Shown: positions 1 through 12,093 of the stretch, one piece after another
Position numbering within the stretch: position 1 is the first letter of the stretch
How the letters are laid out: every line of letters begins with the position of its first letter
Assembly (NCBI RefSeq): GCF_008831285.2
Contig: NC_045138.2
Location: forward strand, 3,472,001-3,536,000
DNA from: Nymphaea colorata
Lineage: Eukaryota
Reading direction: 5' to 3'
Length of the DNA stretch: 64,000 nt
The notes under the pieces: generated by a model
The model's input: only the letters and a program-made list of their open reading frames with translations
Databases searched by the model: none
Told to the model about the DNA's origin: nothing
Position numbers and translations under genes: made by a program

Positions 1-812
1 AGTTGAATAACAATTTCTTAAAGAAAGCTTGCAGCTTCATTTCTTTGGTTTCTTTCCTCACAAAATTTGACATTTTCACTTTTAGAGAAAACATGCTGAA
101 GTATTGCTGGCATAACAAATGCTTAAGTTTGAATTTCTTTCATTTAACTGCCTGTTTCCTATGTCATTTTGGTAGTTAAATGAAAGAAATCTGAACTTGA
201 GCAGTTTTTTTTGTTATTCCATCAAAACTTGAGTATACTTTTGGAATATTTTCCAATAAAAAAATAAATCCAGCATTATATTATGAAAATATGATTGTAA
301 TTAGACATCCCGTAATTCTATCACGAGTTAAAAATAAATGATGATAAATAACTCAAGTTCAAGAAGGAGCAGTTTCACTTTTCTTTTGTCTCATCCTCAT
401 AGGCTTTACTATTCTCAGCTTCTCAAAGGGCACTTAACCATATAGAAAGCACTCCTTCACTCCTTAGTATGCATCTACTACAGAATTAGCCTCTGTCTCC
501 TCCCCTCTCTCCCCCCACCATGTAAAGAATATTCTGGAAGCCATTACAAATTTTTTGTTCTTCATACAAGAGTGAAATGCAATTCATCTTAGGATATGTT
601 TTCATAGTTTCGTAATTTATCATTCTTCTGTAAGATGTGCTTATTATTATCATTTTTCTTTTACTTGATGTAGTCTTCTATGTTCCTGCCTATAAATGTA
701 AATGTGAACCCAAGGGTCACAGCTAGTGCCATCCTATAATTCATATTGTGGTGGAAGGGCAGATTGAGGTCACTATTAAATATTAAGTTATTAACCTTGT
801 GTTGTTATGCAG

Positions 813-3800
813 ATGCATCCAAGCTTGTCAGTGGTGACATATCTGAAAAACTTGCACAGCTTAAAGGACAAATTGCAATACTGGAGAAACGTGAGGAAAG
901 GTAACTTATGGGTCAAATCCTTTTGCATTTTTTGATGGTGCATCTGTTCCCATGTCTTTTTCCTCCCCTCTGTTTAAACTCTGTCCTGTGGTACAGATAT
1001 AAGACAGTATTTGCAGAGAAAATATCAGTCTTTAGACGAGCATGTTGCTCGCTGTTTGGTTATAAGGTAAACACCTTCACTATCTTGTTCTCTTCCAATT
1101 GTGGCCCTAATTTTTATTTGCATACCATTTGGAGCCTTTGTGGAATGAGGGTGCCATTTAGTGCTTCACATTTTCAAGGCTTGGTTGTAGAAAACTTTTA
1201 TGATTTTATCTTTTTTATAGATTTTAAATTCAGTACGGGGCCTACGGGCTAAACTTCTAGGGAAGTTTCTCACTTATTATGGGTACTGCAGAAGGCAGGC
1301 TGGAGTCTGGAGCAGCCTGACTTGTTGCATTTACATTAATCACCCTTTAGGACGTGAACCCATGCAACACTTACACCTGCCCTAGTAAATACATGTGAAA
1401 CATATAAAATGCAAAAATCCTGCTATGTAGCAGGTTATTTCTACAAAATTCAGTAAATAGAGCCATCATTAGGTATTTCGTCTTTACACACTCACAAGTG
1501 GGGAAAATAAGTGTTTATACAGATTTCTTTATGTAATTTTCTCTTTTCTCCATCTATTTTTTGTACCTTTTGTTTCTGATTTTTTGTTCATTTGAATGTT
1601 TATTTTCAGCTAGATTTTGCTAGCTCCTTATACCATATTTATATATAACGAGGGAGATTGGTAGTTGCCAAACCCTTGGATGCTAGACCTTAAGGAATCA
1701 TCTTGGTCGTTGGTCTTTCTAAAATGGATGGTTGAGAGAAACAATGACAAAAAGTTATCAATTAATGCTAGATGACTAAAATACCCTATATCCTTTTTCT
1801 CCTTTTTTTTTCTTTACCGTCCATCTTAGAAAGATCAACGATCAAGATGATTCTTTAGGGTGAAGTGGCATCAGGGCAACCCTTGACATGACCATGCACA
1901 ACACAAGGCTGAGCTTAGCGACATGCTACAGTAGGATAAGTCTTGCACTTTGCTGCCATATGAAGGGGATTGACTCCCCGTTAGTAGCTTGGGTGAAGAG
2001 CACTTTAAATCAATGTTATCCGTATCGTACGATACGTATCGTATAGGTCGAAGAAACCTATACGATACGTGTTTGATAAGCAATACGCGTTCGTATCGTA
2101 CGCGTATCATCCGTATTGTGCGATACGGGTTAAATACATTTTTTTTTTATTTTTGAAAGTTTAAACACTCCTCCCTCTCTCTCTTCTTATATTTAAAGAC
2201 TCCAAGAGACATAGGAGGGAGAGATTTTGCTCATTTTCCTAAAAAATAACCGAGGATTCATTGATTTGAGAGATATTATTATTGAATCATGAAAGATGAT
2301 AACTATATGTTTTAAACTGTGATGTAATCTAAGTCCTAAAACCCCAAGTCTTAAGGCTCTAAGTCCTAAGATTCTATAAAATTTTCAAGTTTAAAATTGT
2401 GATGGATGCTTATTATGTTATTTTGTATATCTAATTTCTTATTTTTGAATGTGTTGTTGATATACATGAATGTTTCTTATGTATGATGATTTTTTTTATA
2501 TTTGAATACCTTTTTCTTGATTTCTATTTTTTTGTTCATTTTTTCAGATTTTTAATGATTTTTCTCTATTTTTTCTGATTTTTAAATATTTTAAAAAATT
2601 AAAAAATTAAGTTTACGATACGCTACGCTACATTTGCGATACGTTACGATACGGCGTATAGGTCAGCCCGACCGATACACGATACGCTACGCCTTTTATA
2701 ACATTGCTTTAAATAACTATTCTGTTCTTGAAAGTCCGATCTCGAGACCCAACCCCCTATGCTGCCTACCTAACCTCATTTTATAGTTGGCTTGATTGGT
2801 GTCCAGTCGATAAGATCCATTTGTGGAATAAACCAGCCATTCACCATTGCACTATGATCGTCTCATGCTCAAGTTCATATCAATGCATTAGTTATGCAAT
2901 CTATACCAATCATAAATTTGAGCAGATATTGCATATAGTAGCTGTTGGTGGCATCCCACCATCACTATCAATATAGCAAGCACTGGTGCGTGTAATTGTA
3001 GTAAATAGTTAATGGTCGTGTGGTGTTGCTAGCGATCATAATACAATATAGCATTCCATATATAACATACAATAAGCAGTCAACGGCTCGTGGCCCCACA
3101 CATCCATGATCTTAATTTCTCATCTCACTAGGAGAGTCATGCAATACCTCTAGTGGCAACCTGCAGAGGCTTTCACGTTCACACTCACACAGGCTTGCTT
3201 GTTCGCTCAAACTTGCAACGTTATAGGAAAGGGTATGATGGTCATTTTTCCTAGTTTGGCTCATGCAACACGTAATTTGACTCATCTAAGTTTCAGGTTT
3301 TTTGGAATTCCTGAAGAACTCAGATTTCAACTGAATGGTTTCCTATCATCTATTGTCTGATTTCGACTTAGTTCATATTGTTGGATAGCTTGAAAGTTGA
3401 AACGAACTCTATTAACAGGTATGGTCTCATCAACCAGTGCCAAAGGTCCAAAACGTCAACTGTTACTAGGGGCGGAGCGAGGAATTTTCCATGAGGGGGG
3501 TGGAATTATAGTTTCAAAATTTTGACAGGAGCTGAAAAGTTTTATATAGGATAAATACATATTCTTTAAATTTATATGTAAATTTTTTTAGGGTGGCTCC
3601 CCTGCCGGCGCCCCTTGATTCGCCCCTGGCTGTTACTGACCAAAAGAAGTAACTTCGAAAACACCTCAAGGAAAACACGCCTAAAAGTTAGGATGTTACA
3701 AAATTGAAATCAGCCGGCTGGCAGATGTTGCCTGATGGCTACCGGACAGACCGTGATGGAAATTACCTAGGCTGTTGATTCAAAAAAATCGGATGGTGGA

Positions 3801-4656
3801 ATACAATTGCAAGTATAAAAGGCAAGCCGTTTTTCTTCAAAGTTCGAAATACCCTTCAATTTCATGAGAACATTTTTTTCATGTCTTCTTTCACGTCTGA
3901 ACATTGCACAAAGTGCATATATTTCAGTTATGGGTAGTTTGCTTTTAGAATCAAATGTGTAGGAAATTAGGTTCAGTTAGCTTTACTCTTATTGCATGTA
4001 AATGCTGCTTATTAGTTCACCATCTGCTTCTATTCTTTGCACCCATTCACATGAATATAGGCCAGAAGTTTCATCCTTTTTGTGTTTTCTTCGGGAAGTT
4101 TATTACAGTGCGCTTCTTATTCTTGTTCAGCTTTATGTTCATATAGCTCCAAATATGTGGCAACTTTATGTTAATTTTACTTTTGGCAGATTATGATGGA
4201 TGACCGATTACGGCATGATGGAATCCCTGTAACAATGTTTACCCTTCAATCCATATACGCTCAAACTGAAGAAGAGAAGCTCGAATTTGAATATGAATCT
4301 GGGAACACTACTATCGTGGTACTTTTCTTGATTTTTCTTTTCAAAATTTCCCTGGAACGGTTTTGCCATGTAATACCGAAGATAAAAGAAGTTTTTGCTT
4401 TCTGTTTGTGTTGGACTTGTCTCACAGACAAACGGTTATACTCTGCAACCTGATATCTCTCAGCAGGTATATAAATGTTTTATATGTTGTGAGCACTGTT
4501 CATGGGATTTTTTATTCTTTTTTCTGACAACTCAAGTTAATAACTTTAAAGGACTTACTTTTGCAGGTTGAAATATTCATAAAGAGGTGCAACTCAATTC
4601 CTGCATTTACTGCAAATCTAACCATCGAGTCCTTCAATAGGCGAACCTTGTCTTGA
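813..4656 (+). CDS. MAD1: Mitotic spindle checkpoint protein MAD1, 3' part only (last 5 exons; upstream exons lie before the window)
   Basis: Exons 813-900, 997-1066, 4190-4318, 4428-4466, 4567-4656 (TGA) all have AG/GT boundaries and join in phase. Product: DASKLVSGDISEKLAQLKGQIAILEKREERYKTVFAEKISVFRRACCSLFGYK-IMMDDRLRHDGIPVTMFTLQSIYAQTEEEKLEFEYESGNTTIV-TNGYTLQPDISQQ-VEIFIKRCNSIPAFTANLTIESFNRRTLS*. This matches the plant MAD1 C-terminal domain (FRRACCxLFGY, SIPAFTANLT motifs). Confidence 0.93.
1691..1857. mobile_element. Short foldback (inverted-repeat) element / MITE in a MAD1 intron
   Basis: Arm 1691-1732 (taaggaatcatcttggtcgttggtctttctaaaatggatggt) matches the reverse complement of 1816-1857 at 37 of 42 positions; spacer about 83 nt. 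Confidence 0.7.
2011..2706. mobile_element. Non-autonomous hAT element (MITE), 696 bp, in a MAD1 intron
   Basis: TIR CAATGTTAT...ATAACATTG; perfect 8-bp TSD CTTTAAAT (2003-2010 and 2707-2714); dense CGTATCG/CGATACG subterminal repeats at both ends with an AT-rich core. Confidence 0.9.
3467..3628. mobile_element. Short hAT MITE of the (C/T)AGGGGCGGA-terminus family, in a MAD1 intron
   Basis: Ends TAGGGGCGGAGC...GATTCGCCCCTG; 8-bp TSD ACTGTTAC (3459-3466) / GCTGTTAC (3629-3636) with one mismatch. Confidence 0.8.
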
Positions 4657-7039
4657 ATTCAATTGCTGAAAACTGATGTGTGGATCTCTACTGCATTTTT
4701 CTTGGTGAGCAAGCTTTGTAATTTTCCTATTCTAAATTAGAATAATGTCAAGAATCCCCAATGTTTGAGGGGTGATTGCTTGAAGATGGTTCTTCACATT
4801 AGCATTTGGCTACAGCACCATATCATGTAGTAGTTCGGTCATATGTTGTTAGGTGTATCGGTAAGCCATCCATTATAGCTCAAAATCTTCAGGTTTTGGG
4901 CAGCCTTTGCTACTTCTTAGTTTGTGTAAATATTCTGCCACCTATGTGCAGGACAGTTCTCATTACTTCAGTTAGTATGGACTGCAGACACAGATCACTT
5001 GGTTAAGTTACACCTACATATTCCATAATGCTATCTTTTTCATTGTATTGATGCATGCAATGCTACAATAAAATTTCCAGTTTTGTAGTATTTATTTGAC
5101 CTAGACATTTGCAAGTTTAATGGTAAAGATTTTCTAGCCACCCGTATGGGGGCAAGGAGGAGGAGCCATCTTAAAGCACATCATGACATACAGGCAACAT
5201 GGTAAGACGGGGAGGCGACCTGCAGAAAGAGACTTCATGGTATTTATAATCTTCTGAGTTCTTTTTGCAGCTGAAAAAAGGTGGGCTTCTAGCACAGCCT
5301 AATGATACATTCAGTTCAAAGGCATTAACTCAAACATGTAGCCATTGAAATGGGAGAAGTGAGATGGGCTGCTCTTGACTATTTGTTCTACTTCTCTATG
5401 ACTCCAGCTTATTTTGGCTGGATAAGCCACCTACCTACCTTTACTTTTCCATCTGGAGGGTGCCTTAGTGCTTTTATTTTCTCATGGTTGCCTTTCTGAC
5501 CTGATGAAAGGTATGCCGTTCCTTTTGGTACAAGTTTCAACCTGTAGTATTGCTTAATAGATTACTTGACACTCCTGCACCATCATATAGCAGTAAAATG
5601 CATAACTCGTCCATGCTGTGGCAACTATAATTGCTTTTGCAAGAGGAACTAGTCCTCCTGGTACCACACTAGGTCTCTTCTTTATCTGTAAAGAATATGA
5701 AACGATAAAGGCGAGGGTGGAAAATGGACTAGAGGAAAAGCGAATATTCACTCTACTCTATGAACAACTCTACACATAATTCGTCCACCTTGTGCACAAA
5801 GAAATGTTCGTCTGTAAGGTACCGTCCTGTCACTGTAAAGGTCTGTGTGTTCAATACATGCCCTTACAGATTGCTACGCAGTACAAAGACACACTTCAAA
5901 ACCTATGTGCCTAAAGGCTAGGCAACTCTGGCAACAAAGCCCACAAAGTTGGTGAAGTTTCAATTCCATGCTATGATGGTTGTACCTCGTGTAGGCTTGC
6001 TACTAATAGAGTTGAAGGCCACTATCGATTCCTTCGACTTTTGGGAGAGCCCCTCTCTCTACTTTCATAGGCACTAAAGGAAAATTTTTAAGGGACACTG
6101 GGATGCCAGATGTGGCGTGTTCCCCAATGCTTGGTACACTGGATCCGTTCTTATCTGGAGAAAATGGATCAAATTCCTTCAATAATTATTGCCAGGCCAA
6201 CTTTCTTTTTCTGCTGCTCGCAGGATAAGCCTTTTTTGCAGTCCTTATACGGCTGTGGTAGGGGTCTGCTTGGACCAAATAATCTGCAAATTGAATTTAA
6301 AAAAAAAGATATCCCAATGTTTCTTCTTGACATCGATTACGGAAGATGCATGTATATGTAACATACTATGTCAAAAATTTCCCTCCTTCCATTTCCTCTT
6401 TTTGATAGGCTAAAGCCAAACAGATCCCATCACCAACTGCACATTGACAGGCTACTTATTTGCAGAAAACTTTGACAAAGGGTTTTACACGCGTGGGATC
6501 TGGATTTGGTTAACATCCCAATATCTTGGTGCCTTGGCCCATGAACAGAGTGGAACTTACGCGAGCTTTTAGGTATTTTTTCCTTTTCCTTGAACAACAG
6601 TAGGATCAGTTGCATCTGTCTTGAACAAAAGATATGCTGATTGGCTCTTCCATATGGAAAAGCCATCTCATCTTATAGCACTCTGTTACTGAGAAAGAGG
6701 TTCTCATCTTAAAACATCTCATATCTGTAGGTGGGCACCAATTGGTGATTCAAGGGGCACCAACTGGTTGATTCATATAATATCTTCTATCTGCAGGTGG
6801 GGACAAGGGAAGGGTCAAATATATCATAATGGGAGCAAGACAGCCTATATAATGCTCTGGTAGCAAGTATAGTAAGCAAAAGTCGTACATAAAGGGAGAA
6901 AAAGAAAGACATGAACTAGCCGTAGCTGATGATTGAATGGACACCAAATGGGTTGATTGGTACACTATACTTTCAGAACAAGGACTCCTTGGTTTTGAAT
7001 GTGAATAGGTTATAGCAACACAACATCCCTCGTGGGCTT

Positions 7040-7520
7040 GGAACTTGTGATGTCCTGTCAACTTAAGTGATTTGGCAAGTTGCCTCCAAGTGGCACCATT
7101 TGGGCCCTTCCTCTGCCATAAGTTGGTAAGTTTTTGGGGGTTGTCACATCCAAGCGCTACCCCCACTTCAAGTAAGGGACTGGCCATCAACTGGTTCGCC
7201 CTGTGCCCACCACGCGGCTGCGTACTGGCCATCAGCTGGTGTTCCTCACTTTATATGAGGAAGAACACTTGGCTGAGTGCAACTGGGGGGTCCTCCCCGC
7301 CTGCGCTGAAGTACATTCAGCTTCAACACGATGGAAAACAAGCATCACTTGTAGGTTCGGAGCTCGTGACGCCCAGTTAATCTTAAGTGATGCTCTAAAG
7401 TTGGGCCTCAGTGGAGCCCTTCTGGCCCTTTCTCGGGTAGATGTTGATAAGCTTCCCAAGTACTAGCACTCATGTCCTCAGTTTTTTGAAGAGCACTTAT
7501 CTTGTCTGAGTGCAACTGGT
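7040..7520 (-). repeat. Degenerate direct duplication (two diverged copies of a roughly 150-250 bp unit)
   Basis: Shared anchors ctgagtgcaactgg (7273-7286 and 7506-7519) and cttaagtgat...ggccctt (about 7062-7109 and 7382-7430); internal duplication ctggccatca(a/g)ctggt at about 7180 and 7225. Confidence 0.65.
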
Positions 7521-9589
7521 CAGACTTTGCATCATTATCTCTCCTTACCCAAACAACATTCCTAGTGTCTATTCTGACATCTAGGCGTAATTGCACTTCT
7601 CCATGAGTTTGGAGAGGAACCTGACTCAAAAAGTTTAGCACCCAAAACACAGGCCCCAGAAACAGAAGAAAGAAGCAGAAATTGTGACGAGTGAAATGCT
7701 TATTGTTCTTGGAAACTGTTAAATGGATGAATAGCGCGGACCACACTAACTTGGTACTGACTATTGCCTTTGTCCCCCACTTAGTGGATAATTAACGTCA
7801 ATGTCAGTAGTAGCTCACATGATCCACCGCAGCTCTTCTCATCGGTCTTACAAGACTGTACTTTTGGAATCTTGGCCATTTAGGGCATCTGCCTAGACGA
7901 AAATGTGGTGTGGGAGAGAAGTCGGTACAATGAAGAAGGTGGAGAATGGCATGGCCATGTTCCGACTTATTCAAAGCAAAAAAGACAAGAAAAGGAGTCA
8001 TCGGCCGAATAAGTTCAGCTTTTGGCTCGACAACAATTCAATGCTGCATGTGGGCGCTTGAAGATAAGGTGGAGGCCCATACATGAAGCCCCTCAATATC
8101 TCTTTGAACGAAGTTCACCTGCTGGAACAAATTTTCTAGTTCAGTAGGCAGATGGGTCCCTCATAAAAAGTAGGAAACTAATCAGGCAAGCTGAAAGGAA
8201 TTTGAACCTCGGGAATTTTCTGACACATGGTGATTCAATAACCTTATCAAAATAATTTTCTGCAAGCAGATGTTTGATCCAAAAGGCTCCACCGAAGTAG
8301 CCATAAGCAGGAATTCTTGGAACCTGAATTTTAAAAGTAGCTGTTACAATCCCAAAAAAATGTACTTCTCTTTAATCTTTCGCTCAGTACAGAATCCCAG
8401 GGCCAGAAAGCAAGATGTGGGGACGATCCCAAATCCAATTCCAAGATAACACTGTAAGAAAAGGACTTTATGCCCTCTTTGTTTCTTTGATAACGCAGAA
8501 CAAAAATTTCAGTGTGCATACTGTGTGTGTGGGAGAAGCATAAAGATGACTAAATTTTGCTTTTACGGGCTCCCAGTCTCTATCCGTTTCTAGTAACGGA
8601 TTCTACTGTTTTCTGCATGTCCTGTTGATTTTCATCAACTTCACGATTACGTCTTTCGAAATCTCATCTGTCTTAACTAGCAATGCAGTGTCTCTAGGCG
8701 GTACATCCTTCCATGCATGGTGCAACTTTTGATTGACGTACTTGTTGCCGCTCCGTGGAAACTAGTGGTAATAATGTACTATGTTCACTTGGTAGTTTCA
8801 TCCGCTTCTAATTTAACAAGTAGACTGTTAACACACAAGCTGCTGATTGTTACACATTTGATACCAGCTGTACAACAGTTGCAGAAAATCAGAAAATCAT
8901 GAAGATCATGACAATCTTAACAAAAAGGCAACTATACCCGTTGGATTTGAAATCATCAATCAATGAAGAGCATCTCACAAAGCAGGAAATCTAGGCAAGA
9001 AAAGTGGCAACATATCCTCACCAACAGAGTAAGAAACAGAGTATAGAAACTAGAAAATTAAGGATGGATTATTTGAAATGTAAACAAATCTGTAACGATC
9101 CTTCCAAGAAATGTGTATAAATGCTCTATCAAGGGCACCTCATAACATCAACTTTGTTGGACATTGTCTTGCATTGTTTTCTTTCATAGACATGGGCACT
9201 GTTTATTTTCTCTCAAGTTAATTCTAAAGTTTTTATACTGTTTTTCCCCCATAATTTTCGCCTTGTAGTGGATTAGGGGATTACGTGCGTAGTGTAGTTA
9301 TCAAACTTGTCCCTAGCAATTTCTCGGCAAGGTTTTCCATACATGGGAAAAAAGAACAGAAAACATAAGAAAAAACTGTAGGAATTAAGCTTTTTGGTGG
9401 GTCTACAAACTCAGGTCTAAATAACGTAGGTTGGATTACGAGTGTAAAATGAAAGACCCAAACCAACTTCAAAAGATCGGTTTCAACAGCTAAGCCAAAT
9501 AGATATGTGGCATTCACAACCCAACCTCAATAGGTGTTTAAGGTTTAACTTTTTTAGCTGTCTGACATCATGTTGCTGGCTGATTTCAA

Positions 9590-9608
9590 ACACACACACA
9601 CATATATA

Positions 9609-9646
<38 letters not shown>

Positions 9647-9665
9647 TATATATATATATATATAT
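9590..9665. repeat. Compound (AC)/(AT)/(GT)/(TA)n microsatellite
   Basis: Directly visible dinucleotide runs. Confidence 0.9.
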
Positions 9666-11080
9666 GGACCTGCTTTGCATCCACTCTACAACTCAATTGC
9701 ATTTTGATGCTTCTTTTACGATACCCTTTATTTTAAAAGCAATTTTTCCCAAAGAAATAATTATAGAGATACAATTTGGATGTCTAAACCAACATAAAAG
9801 CCAAAATTTCTGGACATGCAAGACGAGTTTTAAGATATAAAAATCCAGCCTATTCATTTTAAAATCTTATAAAATTTATCTGAACATTTGCAAATGTCAT
9901 TACTTTATAAGTTCATAATTTTGAATGTTAAGGTAGCATTGGGTACCCCAGAAAAATAATTTGGTATAAATTGGTTGCATGAAATTTCACCCGCCTTGCA
10001 CCTCCAAATCAACCGAATCTCACCCATTTAGCCATCTAAAAGGCAAAATTTGAAGAAGTTGCAGCTCTTAATGTGTGTTATATAAAGAGAGAGAGAAAGA
10101 ATTGAGTATTGAAATAGATGGTGAAGAATGTAAGAGCTTCCTTAAAGCCCGAAATGATGGGGCTACCTGTCTAATACCATAAAGTTTTCAAAAAGGTAAA
10201 TAATTGCCATTGTCATTCAGAAAAGAAGCGTTGAAAATGGGGATAGAAGAAAAGAAAAGAAAAGAAAGGAGTTGATCATCGTTTCTGGTGCTCCTCAAGT
10301 TTTGGCACTTGGGGTTGTTAGGCTTTAGGTTAGGTATTTATTTTGTGGCCATACATGATCCCCAACTCTTACTCTTATCCCTTCCTTAAAGCGCTTCAAA
10401 TCTCCACCTCAGAAACAAATTCCCAGAACTTCATGCATTTTTGAACAAGTTAGCTCCAAATGCCCAAGCAGCTTAAAACTCGATTGGTAGCCACCCAACG
10501 TGCCCTAAGGCTCACCACATTCTGACTTATTCCTTCCTTTTCAGAGTCTGTCAAAACTGTAACATCCCACAAAAGTCCTTATCTTCATTCCATTTCATAG
10601 GGGGAAGCTGAAGCTGACTCCTTACTCCCATCACTCAATTAAATTTTTATAAATATTATCATCTAACATCTCCGCAAGTAGTTTGGATCCCACTAATGTA
10701 TATATGCGCCTTTTTTTGCAAGGTCAAAGCTAGGTGTATTTCTGAGTTGGCAGCAAGATTTTCATAATTTTATTGATAGGATGCCTGTCCACCTGAGATT
10801 GGCAGTTTTCGCTTCATGGCGAAACCGAATAAAAGGAAGGGAAAAAGAAAAGAGAAGACGTTTTGGGAGGGTTTCGTTAGGCCTAGGGGTGGATAAACAA
10901 ATGCAAAAGGTCACAGCAGTGCTCTTTCTGCTACTAATATAAAAGTGGTGCAGATTTGGAACTTGGTCTCCTTTAAGTGAGACTAATGCGACTAAGAAAA
11001 TAATAAAATCCAAGTAAGTGGCCATGGGGCATGCTGTCTAAGTAGAGCAACTTCCTGATCGAACACTTTTGACATTTTGT

Positions 11081-11105
11081 AGAGAGAGAGAGAGAGAGAG
11101 AGAGA
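11081..11105. repeat. (AG)n microsatellite
   Basis: Directly visible. Confidence 0.9.
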
Positions 11106-12093
11106 AAGTGAGAGAGGGCCACTGTGAGTATTACGGCAACAACCAACTAAACAGTAAGTGGGGAGGAGAAGGCGTTGAATTTGAAGACCAAAAAGGACCT
11201 GCCATTATCTTGCCTCTTTGACTTCCATGGCGGATCATGAGTTGGTAGGAAGAAGCACCTAATCTTCGTTACCATGGCGGTACGCAAAGGCGGTGGTGGT
11301 GGAGGAAGGTAGGAAATTTAGGTGCAACTTTGGAAAAAAATGTGAAGAGAAACCGGTGCAATTCGTTGGCTATTTTTTGATCTTGCTTCTTCTCAATCTT
11401 AGTGGGGATTCGCTGTATTTGGTGATATATACTCTTTACTAGAAAGTCATGGCCGTGAGTTTCAAAGTTCAGCCGACCGGCCACCTGAACCGGCCGGGGC
11501 AAAACTGATTCCATTTGGTGGCCGATTCGATTGATTGAAGGGTATCACCATATCATTTTTTTTTATGATTTTAAAACAGTTTTAAGAGTTTTTCTTATTA
11601 TAATTAATTAGATTTTACACATATTTTTTACATTTTTTTTCAAAACAAATGAATATTTTTATGTTTCTGTGGGTTCGAAACCGATTCACCCAATAGGCAA
11701 CAAAATAATTTTATAACCCTACAGTTAGTTAAATGCCATATGAGCCCTACTAGATTTCAAATTGAGATAATATTTTCTCAACTTCAAGCCCATAGGGGCA
11801 ATCGCACATCACATTTTAATTTACCTTTTTTTGGTTCTTTTGCCCACTGGGGCCTCTAGAGGGAGAGCGAAAAAGAATGCACTATCCATCCCATGATAAT
11901 CAACAAATGTATCCTTAAAATTGACATTGCTATCTCAAGTTGCAAATAAATTAAGTACCAACAACATTATAGAAGCGACTTAACTAGGGACACCTCTATA
12001 TTTTGGTCTCAGCCTTTTGGAGCAATGGAGATAAAAAGTTGAACGTGTTAGTGGCTTACAAATGGATTCCCAAAATTCTACTAATCATGAAAC

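Noticed and set aside
4700..5275. Possible 3' UTR intron of MAD1 (GTGAGC near 4705, TTTTGCAG near 5270)
   Set aside because: Splice-like motifs alone are common and cannot be supported without transcripts.
9928..10508. Possible Tourist-like element with TAA flanks
   Set aside because: Putative TIRs match at only about 9 of 13 positions, too weak to call by eye.
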